Of a DNA stretch of 64,000 bases, positions 23,916 through 37,092 are shown in pieces. The notes beneath the pieces were generated by a model. The model ran no database searches, had not been told where the DNA came from, and worked only from the letters and a program-made list of their open reading frames with translations. The position numbers and the translations under genes were made by a program. The first letter of the stretch is position 1. The number at the start of each line of letters is the position of its first letter. The DNA comes from Chiloscyllium plagiosum. Taxonomy: Eukaryota. Location: the NCBI RefSeq assembly GCF_004010195.1, contig NC_057718.1, forward strand, positions 103,215,276-103,279,275, given 5' to 3'.

Positions 23916-24774
23916 ATGTTGTGTATTTTGTATGTATGATTTTATACTCAAGAAATGAAGTGGATTTTTGAGTGAAAAGACCAAATCCTCTGAATTCAAG
24001 TCAGTGTGGATTTTATGTTCCACTTCTGGCTGAGCATATCTGAAGGGAGATGAAGCTGTTGGGACATGAGTCTGTGATGATTGTGCCTTTCACCAGAATG
24101 GTGTGCTTCCCACAACGTGGTTTCCTGACTTCGCTTCACAACTCGAGCCTCATAACACGTGGCACATCAAGAGATCTTCCAGAAAACAGATGTGAGAAAG
24201 CCAAACCACTCACTGCTCAAGCCTCCGCAATCAAAGCTCATTGGGGGCAGAAAAATTACACTTTACAGAAATTATTTCCAGTTCATAAGATTTGCTTCCG
24301 ATACTCTCACACTCTCTGAATAATTTGGGAATTTGTTGTCAGGGGAGAGTGTTAAGGTAAGCTATTAATGAATGTGTTTCCAAGGTGTTAAACCATGTTG
24401 CTTTAACTGGGGACGTCTGCAGTTCCATGCAGAAAGGTGCATGGTCGGCCGATGGCAGCTTCCCAGTTCTCCCTTCATCCGGAAGTGACACTGACTCTTC
24501 TCAGCTCTTTCCAGGCTTCTGAAACAGTAACTTAACTTTGGGCTTGGTAATTGCAGATCTCCAAGATCGTTACATGATACCCCTCTGACAGCCACTCAAC
24601 GCCTCCATGTTTTATTCATGTCGAATCAAATGTTCTCATGCATATAAAATATGGATTTTTCTTCTGTTTAAATACTGAAACCTTGGAGGCTTCTAATGGA
24701 CATCATTCATCTGGGTGCTATCTTTCTCATGACAATCGAAGTCCCTTTACCTTTAACAGATTGCCCCAGGGCCT

Positions 24775-25274
24775 NNNNNNNNNNNNNNNNNNNNNNNNNN
24801 NNNNNNNNNNNNNNNNNNNNNNNNNNNNNNNNNNNNNNNNNNNNNNNNNNNNNNNNNNNNNNNNNNNNNNNNNNNNNNNNNNNNNNNNNNNNNNNNNNNN
24901 NNNNNNNNNNNNNNNNNNNNNNNNNNNNNNNNNNNNNNNNNNNNNNNNNNNNNNNNNNNNNNNNNNNNNNNNNNNNNNNNNNNNNNNNNNNNNNNNNNNN
25001 NNNNNNNNNNNNNNNNNNNNNNNNNNNNNNNNNNNNNNNNNNNNNNNNNNNNNNNNNNNNNNNNNNNNNNNNNNNNNNNNNNNNNNNNNNNNNNNNNNNN
25101 NNNNNNNNNNNNNNNNNNNNNNNNNNNNNNNNNNNNNNNNNNNNNNNNNNNNNNNNNNNNNNNNNNNNNNNNNNNNNNNNNNNNNNNNNNNNNNNNNNNN
25201 NNNNNNNNNNNNNNNNNNNNNNNNNNNNNNNNNNNNNNNNNNNNNNNNNNNNNNNNNNNNNNNNNNNNNNNNNN
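24775..25274. other. Assembly gap (N); further gaps at 28032-28076 and 40781-40995
   Basis: Runs of n. Confidence 1.
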
Positions 25275-25715
25275 ACTTTGTTTATCTCCACTGCCAGACT
25301 TGCTGAGTTTCTCCAGTAATTTCCTGTTCTTGTTTTTAAAAACGCTCAGTCAGTTTTCAAATTTTAGAAAGAGTTGTAATTATTCTGCTCCACGGCAGGT
25401 ATCTGTCCTCCCTGAGCTCACTTTAGCATTCTGGTGTTACAGTGTGACAGGTGTACTGCAGGTGTGGACATAGAATACATTCACATTCCCTCTTGCTAAT
25501 ATCTGCATTTACTGCAGCATGTTTTAACAGTTCTTAAATCAACACATGCCTAATTAGTTTTTGCAGATTTTTCTTGCGACACCTGCCAGTTAATAAACAA
25601 ATGATTTTGAGCTTTTTATAAGAAAAGGGACACTTTAAAAGTTAAGCAATGCTTGCAAAAAGCACTTAAGGGAATGAACCTTTTGGTTCCACAGACAAGA
25701 CAAGTTACTGAGTGT

Positions 25716-25926
25716 TGGAAATGTGTTGCTGGAAAAGCGCAGCAGGTCTGGCAGCATCCAGGGAACAGGAGAATTGACGTTTCGGGCATAAGCCCTTCTT
25801 CAGGAAGGGCTTATGCCCGAAACGTCGATTCTCCTGTTCCCTGGATGCTGCCTGACCTGCTGCGCTTTTCCAGCAACACATTTCCAGCTCTGATCTCCAG
25901 CATCTGCAGACCTCACTTTCTCCTCA
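25716..25926. mobile_element. Family B palindromic element
   Basis: Near-perfect hairpin; 14-bp TSD aagttactgagtgt at 25702-25715 and 25927-25940. Confidence 0.9.
25776..25803 (-). ncRNA. Minimal hammerhead motif, family B, core intact
   Basis: Reverse complement: CTGAAGA A GGGC TTAT GCCC GAAA CGTC. Confidence 0.8.
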
Positions 25927-26511
25927 AAGTTACTGAGTGTAGCTGGTATGTTGAAGCTCTATCCACAGACTCAAATATATTTCAGTGTTTCGACCCAAAC
26001 TTACACAGAAACATTTTGCTAACAAGTGAAGGAGCTAACTGTTCATGACGGGCGTATATATTTTGACCCAAAAATGAAAAAAGAAGAGATTGAATTGACT
26101 TCATTTTCCACCCCCAAGCTGTCAATAAGTTGGCCACAACATCGTATTTATCAGAAAGGCACAAAATACAGAGTGTGCTAGAGAAACTCAGCAGGTCTAG
26201 CAGCATTTGTGAAGAGAGTTAATGTTTTGAGTCCAATGACCCTTCTTCAGAATACTTTTTGTGTGTTCTAGATTTCCAGCATCTGCAATTGTTTGTTCTA
26301 TTTTACTGCGCTTATCAGTACAGACCTTCCTCAACTTGAACTGACTTCAGAAGGAATTTTTAAAAACTTTGTTGAACATGAAATGTAGAGGTTAAGAATT
26401 TTCTATTTGTAACATGGTCATTTTTAAGGTAATATAAAGGGTTAATACACTATGTCCTGTGTAGTGAAATGCCTTTCCTCTGGCTGTTGAGAACATGTGG
26501 AGCAGTAATGG

Positions 26512-26622
26512 TTCATGGGGTGCAGTGGTAGTGTCTCTAACTCTGAGCCAGGAGGCCTGGGTTCAAGTCCCACCTCCTCCAGATGTGTGTCATAACTTGC
26601 TGCACAAGTTGGTTAGAAAATA
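26512..26622 (+). mobile_element. Short tRNA-derived SINE; related copies at about 7097-7335, 7750-7860, 8840-8900, 9690-9850
   Basis: A box ggtgcagtgg and B box ggttcaagtcc followed by a shared body. Confidence 0.55.
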
Positions 26623-26768
26623 TGGGGGAGGAGGAAGAACATGAGGAGCTGTAGAAAATACTGGGGTGCTTCTGGTAAACTAACAGGCAGCTGCACGAGT
26701 TAAATGCTGGATGACTTTGTTCATTCTGCTTTTATTTAATGGCTATCCATCAGTCAAAGTAATAAATC

Positions 26769-27479
26769 AATTTTGAAAAATGACTGACCGGGCAATGTCC
26801 TTTAAGTTTTGGAGAGGGGACATGTTTCTGGAATATGATCCTGGAGACAACATTTACAAGGGTAGGGTACTGCAGAAATAAAACAACCTACCTATCCAGT
26901 CTCTGAACTAGTTTTCACACCCATTGCTGGAGAAACTCAGCAGGTTTGGCAACATCTGCAGGGAGAAAGCAGAGTCAATGTCTCTGGTCCAGTAATCCTT
27001 TTCAGAACTGATTTTTAGTCAAGAAAACATTGACGAATAGTGTTCAGCTCGGAGGACTCTTTGAATGACAAAAATCACCCAAGAATTGAAGTGAGCGATG
27101 CTAATTACATTTTACTCAGGAACTTTGGAATCATATAGCTGTTAGCATTCATTTGAGACAGATCAATACTTGATTTTTGTCATTCAAAGAGCCCTCCGAG
27201 CTGAACACTATTCGTCAATGTTTTCTTGACTAAAAATCAGTTCTGAAAAGGATTACTGGACCAGAGACATTGACTCTGCTTTCTCCCTGCAGATGTTGCC
27301 AAACCTGCTGAGTTTCTCCAGCAATGGGTGTGAAAACTAGTTCAGAGACTGGATAGGTAGGTTGTTTTATTTCTGCAGTACCCTACCCTTGTAAATGTTG
27401 TCTCCAGGATCATATTCCAGAAACATGTCCCCTCTCCAAAACTTAAAGGACATTGCCCGGTCAGTCATTTTTCAAAATT
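26769..27479. repeat. Long inverted repeat: 309-bp arms, 93-bp spacer
   Basis: 26769-27077 is the reverse complement of 27171-27479; one mismatch found by eye. Confidence 0.95.
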
Positions 27480-27869
27480 CGTTAATGTTTTGTCGAGTAA
27501 AAACCAGTTCCAAAAAGGATCACCTTCTTCAATAGTTTTAGGGATTTTTTGGGGAACATTTTGTTAGAAACCATAGGCACCTGTCCCAACTTTTATTTCC
27601 TTTCCTGCGCATGAAGCTTTTCTGTTCTTTTCAAAAGAAAAATTGCCACGGTGCTTATTGTGTCCCAGGAAAGTGTTGAGAAACGTGAGCAGCTATGCAG
27701 GTGGATTCAGGACTCACTGGCATTCCTGTTAGATTCAGTTTTATTTCAAACGATAGGAGACTTCCGGAAGGCAAATTCAAATTTGATATTCCACCAGCTG
27801 CCACAGGAAAGAGGACAGTAGATGATCAACAGCTTGGGTAGAGAGGTAGGTTGTGAGAATATCTTAAAG

Positions 27870-28150
27870 AAAGAAAGAGACAGGAGAAGGAGAGGGAGGC
27901 AGTGGAGAGAGAGAGAGGGAAGAGAGACAGGGGAGAGAGAGGAGAGAGAGGAGAGAGAGGACAGAGTGAGAGGGAAGAAGGTGAAGAGAGGTTGGAGAGA
28001 GAGGGAAGAGAGAGGGGAAAGAAAGAAGACANNNNNNNNNNNNNNNNNNNNNNNNNNNNNNNNNNNNNNNNNNNNNAGGACAAGAGGGGGGACTGGAGGG
28101 GGGCAAAACGGGGACGAGAGAGGTTGGAGAGAGGGGGGAGAGAAGGGGGA
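27870..28150. repeat. GA-rich purine tract spanning an N gap
   Basis: (GA)n/GGA low complexity. Confidence 0.9.
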
Positions 28151-28179
28151 GTGTTTCCAGAAGGCAAATTCCACATCTG

Positions 28180-28460
28180 GGGGACAGCACAGTGGCTCAG
28201 TGTTTAGCACTTCCGCCTCACAGTGCCAGGGACCTGGGTTCAATTCCAGCCTTGGGTGACTGTCTGTGTGGAGTTTGCACATTCTCCTCATGTCTGCGTG
28301 GGTTTCCTCCCACAGTCCAAAGATGTGCAGGTTAGGGTGGATTGGCTATGGGAAATACAGGGTTACAGGGATGATGTGGGTCTGGGTGGGATGCTCTTTG
28401 GCGGGTTGGTGTGGACTCGATGGACTGAATGGCCTGCTTCCACCCTGTAGGGATTTCTAT
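28180..28460 (+). mobile_element. HE1/V-SINE
   Basis: Same consensus. Confidence 0.85.
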
Positions 28461-29654
28461 GGAACTTCCAAATAGCTGAACGCACAAGCACCAATGGCCA
28501 GAGAAATTTAAATCAGAGATGCACAAGAGGCCAGAGTCAGAGAAATCGGGATATCTAGGAAGGTAACTAGCCAGGGCCTCTGAAGGCTGGGTTTGGGATT
28601 CCAAGTGAGACTGTGAACTAAAATGTTTGGGTGATGAGACCTGAGGCAGTAATGGTGGTTGAGGGGTTACAGGTTACAGCAGCACTGCTCCTGCTCTCCC
28701 TGAGGGCTCAGTGCCCTGAGACAGGATCACCGTGGGGAAACATTGAAGAAGTGGTGCTGAAAAGGTTGCAGGAGATCACAGAGATGGGTGGGAGCTGACT
28801 CCGTGAAAACAGTGATGACATGTTTAAAACTGAAGCATTGCTTCAGGCATTGTCAGTGTAGCACAGAGAGTACAGGGTTATGGTTGAAGGTGTCTTGGTG
28901 TGAGTTAGGACAGAGCTGTGGATGAGTTTACAACTGTAATTACAGCTGGTACAAAACTTTTACTGCCCCAGTAAAGTGCTGTCAGTTTTATTTCTGTAAT
29001 GCAGGGGGACGTGGGTGCAGTGGAGCTGAGAGGGTAAAGGTAGCAAGAACTCCATCTAACCTTCTGCTTGTTAGAGGAAGTCTGGAAAATAAACATGCTT
29101 CTCATTAACTGGTTTGCCTTTCGTTCTGTCTAAATTCACAACACAATTCCATAACCCGATGGAAACAAAGTGTATAATAAGACACAGGAACAAGGCTTTG
29201 TTTGAACGACAGAGCGATGAAAATAGAGAATTCTGAGCTCACCTTTATTTTGGATGTGCTACCACAGATATCCCACGGCCTTCAAAGAGTTGCAATTGAC
29301 TTTTCCCTTTTCACGTGCCTCCTAAGAGCAATCCTAAAGCTGTAACGCAGAACTCTCCACATTCATCATTCATTTTCCCTGCAGCATACCAAGCTGTATT
29401 TTGACATGTTGGACAATGTATGAGATAGCAGCTTTTTAACTGGTGTCTATTAAGGTGGTGACACTCTGCAGCTGTGAAAGTATTATTTTTTTCAGAACCA
29501 AAGGCTTTTCTCCAATAAAAACTATGGCTAGGTCTTATAAAAATAAGATTATTTATCATCGAGTTTGGGCAGAGGTTTTGGCTTTTATCAAGGAAAGCTG
29601 CCCGTTCAATTTTTCAAGATATATATACAACTTATCAATATGTTTAACCGTTAG

Positions 29655-29995
29655 ACCATAACATTTAGAAGCAACTGTAGGCCATTCTGCCCATCGAGCC
29701 TGTCCCACCATTCAATGAGATCATGGCTGATCTGACCACTCTACTTCCCCGTCTTTTTCCCATAACCCTTGATTCCCTGACTGATTAAAAATCTGTCTAA
29801 TACAGCCTTGACTGTACTTAATGACCCAGCCTCGACAGCCCCCTGATGTAGAGAATTCCACAGATTCACTCCCCTCAGAGAGAATAAATTCCTCCCCATC
29901 TCGGTCTTCAGTGGGATGACCCCTTACTCTGAGGTGATGCCCTCTGCTCCTGGACTCTCCCACCAGGGCAAACAACCTCTCCACATTTCCTCTAA
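29655..29995 (-). mobile_element. Older CR1-type 3' fragment; similar at about 1-600, 5670-5880, 34985-35420, 39740-40030, 46130-46420, 46790-47520, 53600-53920, 57900-58330, 59290-59650, 60180-60460
   Basis: ERLF.LVGESRSRGHHLRVRG; shared tail ggctgaatggcctactcctg. Confidence 0.7.
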
Positions 29996-31409
29996 GAATC
30001 GCAGGGCTTATAAAATGGGAAAGAACAAATGTTAATAATTACAAAGATATAAATATTTTTCATAACTCAGGACATCCCACAGCAAATTACGGTTAAAGAA
30101 ATACTGTAGTTTCTGTTGTAATGTAAAGAACACAGCAGCCAATTTGAGCACAGTAAGATCCCACAAACAGTCATGTGATAATGACCAGTTATTCAATTTT
30201 GTAATGTTTCTTGAGGGATTAGTATTGGCCCCTCAGAGATGGGGATATTCCTATTAAGGAATAGCCACCACCACCACCACCCGCCTCCCCCACACCCCTT
30301 GCCACACGTTCTTCTTATATTCACCTGTGGCCTTAACCTGAGGAAGGGGCTAACCTCTGAAAGTTTGTGATTTCAAATAAACTAGTGACTATAACCCAAT
30401 GTTGCATGATTTCTGAATTTGTCCATCCCAGTCCAACACTGGCACCTCCACATCATGATCTTAACCTAACTTTTCACTCAAAGGACAGCACCTCTGGCTA
30501 TACTGCACAACCCCAGTTCTGAATGTCTAGATTTTCACACTCAAAGGTTTCCAGAGGGGGCTTGAACCCACAACCTTACAATTGCAGCAGATACAAATGA
30601 TACGCACTGAGCCAAAGCTGACTCAAGCAAGCTGTTCAAGCATTAAAAACATAGAAAAATAGCCTTGAGGTCAGATTTCAGAACGGGCTTGTACAAACAC
30701 GACCTGTCTTAGAACACACCCTATCTCCAATGGAATGAAACCTGGCGAGTTCAATAATGAATCAGCAGTCATGAATATAATTCACCACATGGTCTATTAG
30801 ACAGCGAGGTATGCATTACTTGAAGTTGCAACTGAGCTGCTCAAAGGATGCTCGTGACTAAGAGAATGGTAGGAATCCCTATGTTAGCACATAGTTAGCA
30901 TTGCAGCTAATGTAATTAGTGCATTGTCTTGGCATTATAAAGTCATAGAATCAGGCAATGATGCTGAACATGAGGAGGCCATTCACCCCACTATGTTTGT
31001 GTTGCCACATAAGAAACTTTAGTTAGTGATTTTCAAATGGATCCATATCCTCAAAACAGGCAGAAGTGGATGATAACTTGCTATTGATGTGTAGGTAGGA
31101 GGTTTGTTCGACCTCGTTTGATGGCCCATTAAACTTAGGAGAGATATAAAACCAGCCCCTGATTCATTAATGCCTTATATTAATCTTTGTTACAATCAAA
31201 TATATAGTTTTACAAAATACCAGATTGGAATCTTTTGCTGGAAAAACAGGTTTTACAATGAAAAGACCAAGAGGAATGCAGGGTGGTTTCATATTTTGAA
31301 GATTTCTACCATAATTATCAAACTTTAACTTGCATTCTACAATCTTCAGAGAGTTTTAAAAATGTTTTTCTTGGGATGGGTCTACATTGACAAGGTCAGC
31401 ATTTGGTTG

Positions 31410-32390
31410 CTAAATTTGCTAATGACACAAAGGTGGGTGGAAAGTATATCGTGAAGAGGACTTAAGGAGGCTACAAATGAATGTAGATAGGTTAAGTGAG
31501 CGGGCAAAGATCTGGCAAATGGAGCATAATGTGAGAAACGTGAAGTCGCTCATTTTAGCAGGAAGAATATAAAAGAAGTATGTTATCTAAATGGTGAGAG
31601 ATTGCAGAGCTCTGAGATGCGCTGTATCTTGGTGCATGAATTCCAGAAGGTTAGAATGCAGGTAAAGCAAATAATTGGAAAAGTTCACAGAATGTTATGT
31701 TTTAATATGAGGCAAATTGAAAACAAAAGTAGGGAGGTTATTCTTGAGACCACATGGAGTCACACAGCACAGAAACAGACCCTTCGGTCTAACGTGTCCA
31801 TGCTGACCAGGTTTCCCAGTCTTAACTTGTCCCATTAGCTTGCATTGGGTCATATCCCTCTAAACCCTTCCTATCCATGTACCTATCCAAATGCCTTTGA
31901 AATGTTGTAATTGTACCAGCCTCCACCACTTCCTCTGTCAGCTCATTCTATACCAACAAACCACCCTCTGTGTGAAAACATTGCCTGTCTCACCTTAAAT
32001 CTATGCCCTCTAGCTTTGAACTCCCCAACCCAAGGGAAAAGACTTTTGCTATTCACCTTATCTATGCCCCTCATGGTTTTATAAACCTCTATAAGGTCAA
32101 CCCTCAACCTCCTACACTCCAGGGAGAAAAGTTCCAGCCTCTCCTTATAGCTCAAACCCTCCAGTCTCAATAACATCCTTGTACATCTTTTCTGCACCCT
32201 CTCCAGTTTAATACTATCCTTCCTATAGTATCTGGAGGACTGTGTGCAGAACTGGTCACTTTATTTAACAAATATCTAAGTGCAGCTGGAAGCCATTCAG
32301 GGAAGGTTTGCAACTAACACCTGGAATGGGCAGGTTGTCTTATGAAGAAAGGTTAAACAGACTAGGTTTGTGTCCACTAGAATTTAAAGA
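31410..32390 (+). mobile_element. Old CR1-type RT fragment containing a nested minus-strand CR1 3' fragment (about 31755-32228)
   Basis: aaatttgctaatgacacaaag (KFAxDTK) region on +; ORF 31943-32197 on - (RRLRVDLIEVYK). Confidence 0.8.
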
Positions 32391-32669
32391 GGAAGAGAGA
32401 TGAGAATCAGCCACATTGCTATGGGGTCTGGAGTCACATGTGGGCCAGAACGGGTAAGGACAGCAGATTTCCCTTCCCTCGAGGGGAATGAACTGAATGA
32501 TACTAGTTTTGCAATCTCCACCACAGTGAGACTGTCTGCTTCAATTCCAGTTAATTTTAATTGAATTTAAATTCCATTATCTCCCCATTGTGAGATTTGC
32601 AACCATGTCTCCTGGTCTCTAGTTGCCAGATCAGTAAGAGTACCAGGACACAACTGACTTAATTAAATA

Positions 32670-32942
32670 TTTGATTTGATTTGATTTATTATGGTCACAT
32701 GTACCTAGGCACAGTGAAAAGTTTTGTTTTGTGCGCAGCCTGGGCAGCTCCTACCATACAACGATCAGGGAGATAGAACAGATCATGGAATACTCAGTGA
32801 CGACTGCAAAGAAGGTGCACAAAAAGCAAAATCAACATTAGATTTAAAATTTGAGAGGTTCATTCAGAAGTCTAACAATACCGGGGAAGAAGCTGCCCTT
32901 GAATCTGTTGGTACGTGTGTTTACACTTCTGTATTTTCTGTC
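32670..32942 (-). mobile_element. Rex1/Babar-type 3' UTR fragment; related fragments at 50727-50930 (-) and 47660-47740 (+)
   Basis: (tttga)n ttattatggtcacatgtacctaggcacagtgaaaagttttgtttt is the reverse complement of the tail at about 42360-42412. Confidence 0.65.
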
Positions 32943-33149
32943 AGACAGAATTAATTATTGCAATCAATGTCAATTTGAAAGCCTCATCCTGCCAATGTGG
33001 ATATTGACGCAGCAATGGGGGCAAGATCCTACCACGCACGAAGCAAGATAAGCCAACCCATGTAGGTTGGGCGCCTGGGAACAGGGGTCTGACATCAGGA
33101 GGTAGGAAGCCATCAGCTAAACTAGCTGCCAACACTCCATCCCCCAATA

Positions 33150-33437
33150 GATTCAATTCCCTACAGTGTGGAAACAGGTCCTTCGGCCCAACCAGTTCGC
33201 ACCAACCCTACAAAGAGTAACCCACCCACACCCATTTCCCTTTGAATGATGCACATAACCCTACGGGCAATTTAGCATGGCCAATTCACCTAACCTGCAA
33301 ATCTTTGTGGGAGGAAACTCACGCAGACACGGGGAGAATGTGCAAACTCCACACAGGCAGTCGCCCGAGGCTGGAATCGAACCTGGGTCCCTAGCGCTGT
33401 GAGGCAGCAGTGCTAACCACTGAGCCACCGTGCCGCT
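33150..33437 (-). mobile_element. HE1/V-SINE
   Basis: Reverse complement of the consensus, ending gctaaccactgagccaccgtgccgc. Confidence 0.85.
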
Positions 33438-35434
33438 CCTAGGCACTGAAATTAGTGAGGTTTCCAGAAGCAGAGCAATGCAAGGCTCCCACCACCTCCC
33501 CAGCCTGAAGCTGAGACCCCTACTGCCTCTGTGAAATATGCCCCACTATCCCTCCAGAGTGGTAGTGTCTCATAAAGCAGGCATTAGCTGCAACATTTTG
33601 CATCAAGCTGCAAAACCTAAATAAAAGGCCACTTTGCAGAACATCCCTTGTCATTGTGAGTGATCGTTTCAGCAATTTCTTCATAGAGAAAAAAAAATCG
33701 GGGAAGATAAGAAAATAAACAAAGCAGTAATCAACAGCAAGTCGAGAGTATCTCTTGGGGATCTGATAGTTGGCATGAGGTTGAGATGTGTGATAAGGAT
33801 TTCACCAGCAGTTAGTGTGGGATCCGAGAGTGACACAGACACACCAGAAGGTGAGGAGAGATTTCTCAGTGTTGTGAGAATGCCAAGCTATCCCTCAACA
33901 TACTTGTTTACCAAAAATACGTTCACAGCACAGCAGGGCAATGACACCACTGTATAACACTGAAGAACAAGACAGATAATGAGCTCTTCAAATATCACAA
34001 ATACAACCTGCCAGTTTTAACACTACATTCGAAGCAAGGTTGTACTTTTCAAGCCGATAGTTAATGATATTCCTGTTTATAATTGAGTGTAAGCAATTAT
34101 GTCAGGAAGTTTGCTGTTGGTGTGTACTTGTTAATTTCCTGCCAGGCTTCAACTGACATATCTCCTTCTCTCTGTACCCGTTATGTGGGAAAAATGTGTT
34201 GCTGATAAGTTGGCAAAGCCCTGCACCTGTTAATGTCTCCCACTGTAGTGGAGACACTCTACAAAACTGATGTCCACAGGCTCCCAACTCTAGTCAGAGG
34301 GCTGAGACCATGGGCGAGCCCAGGACAGCAGAGAATATTGCCAGTTTTCACTGGATCAGAGCACAGGCAGATAGGACATGCCTTTTCCAACTGCCCACAG
34401 CACCAGGGACACTCCTGGTGATAAGACCAGATACATAACAGCTGGCCTGATTACTGTCAAAAGTAAGGAATTGTCTTTCTCAAGGGAAAACGTAACAGAA
34501 CTCTGGAGAAAACATCAGTCATCGCAGGCAGACAGGAGCTAATATCAATGTAATTAAAGAATTTCTTTACGACAGAATCAAATGATTTTCTACTTGGACA
34601 CGTTCCTATCAACCAGTGCAATCTTCCAACGTTGGCAGAATTTCAAACTCAGTCTTTGCATCTGATACAATCAGCAATGAAAACAGTTTTTCTCTGATTC
34701 AATTAATGTCAACTGGAGCAAGCGGGTCCAAGCAGCAAGGCTTGGTCATTCTTTTTTGTCATTTTCGGTTTGCAGCAGATCACAAAGGGTTAATATTTCT
34801 GTGGTTGCAGTGGATGTGAACTCAAAGCTTGAAGTTAACACGTAGACCCACAGTAATGTACCAGGAGAAGGGAACAAAAAAGGAGCATTTAAACTACTTG
34901 GATCTCCCTGTCCTGAGAGCAGTGTGTGTGATACCAGCTCACTGCCACAGGAGTTTGAATATGTTGATATTTGACAGCCTTAAACATTGAAATATAGAAA
35001 CTAGGTCCAGGAGGCCATTCAGCCCTTCCAGCCTGCTCCTCCATGCAGTAGGATCATCACCAATCCTCTCTCTCAATGCCATACTCATTTTTTCTTTCTC
35101 ACCGTAGCCTTTGATGTCCTTAAGTTCTAAAAGAAACAATGGTTTTCTTGAATATATTCAGTGACCCACCCTCCACAGCCTTTGTGATGGAGAGCACCAC
35201 AAGTTCACTCCCCTCAGAGTGAAGAAATATTTCCTCATCTCAGTCCTAAATGGCCTATCCTGTATCCTGAGATGTGTCCCCTGGTCCGAGATTTCCCCAT
35301 CCAAGGGAAACATCCTCTCTGCATTTAGTCTGCCCAGCCTTGTTAGAATTTAATGTGTTTCAATCTGATCCCCTCTCTCCTTCTAAACTCCAGTGAATAC
35401 AGACCCAGCTGAACTAATCTTTCCAAGTGCATCA

Positions 35435-35842
35435 TGTTATGGACTAGGCCAGACTACTCAAAACATTCTTCAGCAGGCAGCCCAGACCATAACTTTGCAA
35501 TTTATTTCAGTAGGTGTACAGTGAAAATTACCCGGAGTAAGTTAGCAAGGTTGACTACCAGGTTTAAAACAGACAAAAATTTATTCTCAAAATTACACAA
35601 TGAAACACAAAGAATTGAATAAAGAATCCCTACAGAACTCAGTCTATCCAAACTAGACTTAATTATGCTGTTCCAAACACACACAACAGTCCCAATAAGC
35701 AAAACCCTTTAAAACACAGTTAAAAAATGGAACCGATGCTTACAGGTTGAAGTTAGAAGGGCAGAAAGAGAGAGAGCCTGTTCACACAGTCCACTGCTGA
35801 GCTCCCAACTTGTTCTGGACTGAAATGCTCAGCTAGAGAGCA
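35435..35842. mobile_element. Possible LTR-like fragment interrupting an old CR1
   Basis: Begins TGTTATG; CR1-like sequence stops before it and resumes after about 35842. Confidence 0.3.
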
Positions 35843-36334
35843 TTTAGTGGTCTCACTAAAGCTCTGTATTCCTGTAGTAAGACAAGCCTACTTCTGAACT
35901 CGATTTCTTTTAAATTGTTCACAGGACATGAGCAACACAAACTAGGTTAGCATTTTTTGTCCATCAGAGAGTTAAGAGTCAACCATGTTGCTGTGGGTCT
36001 GGAGTCACATGTAGGCCAGACCCTGGGAGAGGTAGGAGCTTTCTTTCCCTCAGAGCATCAGTGAACCATGGTCAATATTTGATTCTTAAAACCAGATTTT
36101 TATCAAATTCAAACTTCAACATCTGCCATTGGCAGGATTTGAACCCAGGTTTCCAGAAGGTTTCATGGGATTAATAGTTCACTGGGCCAACATTTCCCCC
36201 ACTGCAAGCCCACTTAGACCAAAGACCATTGTACCATTTGCCTTCCTAATATCCTGCTGAATTAACTCTACTGTCTTAATTTTACTTTCAAAGCTGTTTG
36301 GAAAAGGGATCTCATATAGACTATATATTTGATG

Positions 36335-36541
36335 ATGTGGAGGTGCCGGTGTTGGACTGGGGTGGACAAGGTCAAAAATCCCACAGTACCAGGTTGTAGT
36401 CCAACAGGTTTATTGAATACTATAGGTTTTTGAATGCTGCTTCTACAGTAACACCTGATGAAGGAGCAGCGCTCCGAAAGGTAGTGTTGTCCAATAAACC
36501 CATTGGACTATAACCTGGCGCCGCGCGATGTTTGACCTTAC
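36335..36541. mobile_element. Family A palindromic element
   Basis: Inverted arms; TSD atatttgatg at 36325-36334 and 36542-36551. Confidence 0.8.
36455..36483 (+). ncRNA. Minimal hammerhead motif, family A, stem III variant
   Basis: cac CTGATGA A GGAGC AGC GCTCC GAAA GGTA gtg. Confidence 0.65.
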
Positions 36542-36859
36542 ATATTTGATGGCACTGGTGCCAAATGTGACTGGTAAGTAAGAATAAAATATCTACTTGA
36601 GAAAACAATGTAAGCAGCACTAAACTCCAGGTATGCAGTGAACACCAACATAATGTTGTTAGTGCAGACACAGTGTGTAGAGAGGGAGAAACCAAGCTAT
36701 GTTGTTCCCGTGGGAGAGTTTATTCCTGTTCACGATTGTCCTCTTATCAGGAAAGAACTGGTAGCATTCAGGGACTGGAGCTAATGATAGATGACATTGT
36801 CTTGAAAGTCAAACCCAGGGCAGCATGCAAATAGGACAGCGCAAAAATATTTTAAAACT

Positions 36860-37092
36860 AAAATAAAAAATTGTGGATGCTGGAAATCTGAAACTAAAAC
36901 AGAAAGTGCTGGAGAAACTCAGCAAGTCTGGCAGCATCTGACAAGCGAGAAACAGAATTAATGTTTTGACTTTCCTTCAGAACAGTTCTGACAAAATGTG
37001 AAGAAGAGTCACTGAACTCAGAACATTAACTCTGCTTCTCTCTCCACAGATGCTGCCAGACCTGCTGAGTTTCTCCAGCACTTTCTGCTTTA
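36860..37092. mobile_element. Family C palindromic element; other copies at 2433-2478, 18070-18152, 25275-25335, 26160-26305, 26925-27010
   Basis: Inverted arms agaaagtgctggagaaactcagcaagtctggcagcatctg / cagatgctgccagacctgctgagtttctccagcactttct with a decayed hammerhead-like centre. Confidence 0.75.

Noticed and set aside
24638..25319. ORFs of about 200 aa
   Set aside because: They read through a 500-bp N gap
25716..25926. pre-miRNA or DNA-transposon MITE reading of the hairpins
   Set aside because: They are multicopy with asymmetric arms, variable 10-20 bp TSDs and hammerhead cores, which fits a Penelope-like origin better
27746..28291. Arg/Glu-rich or Leu/Ser-rich ORFs
   Set aside because: They come from the GA tract, an N gap and an HE1 SINE
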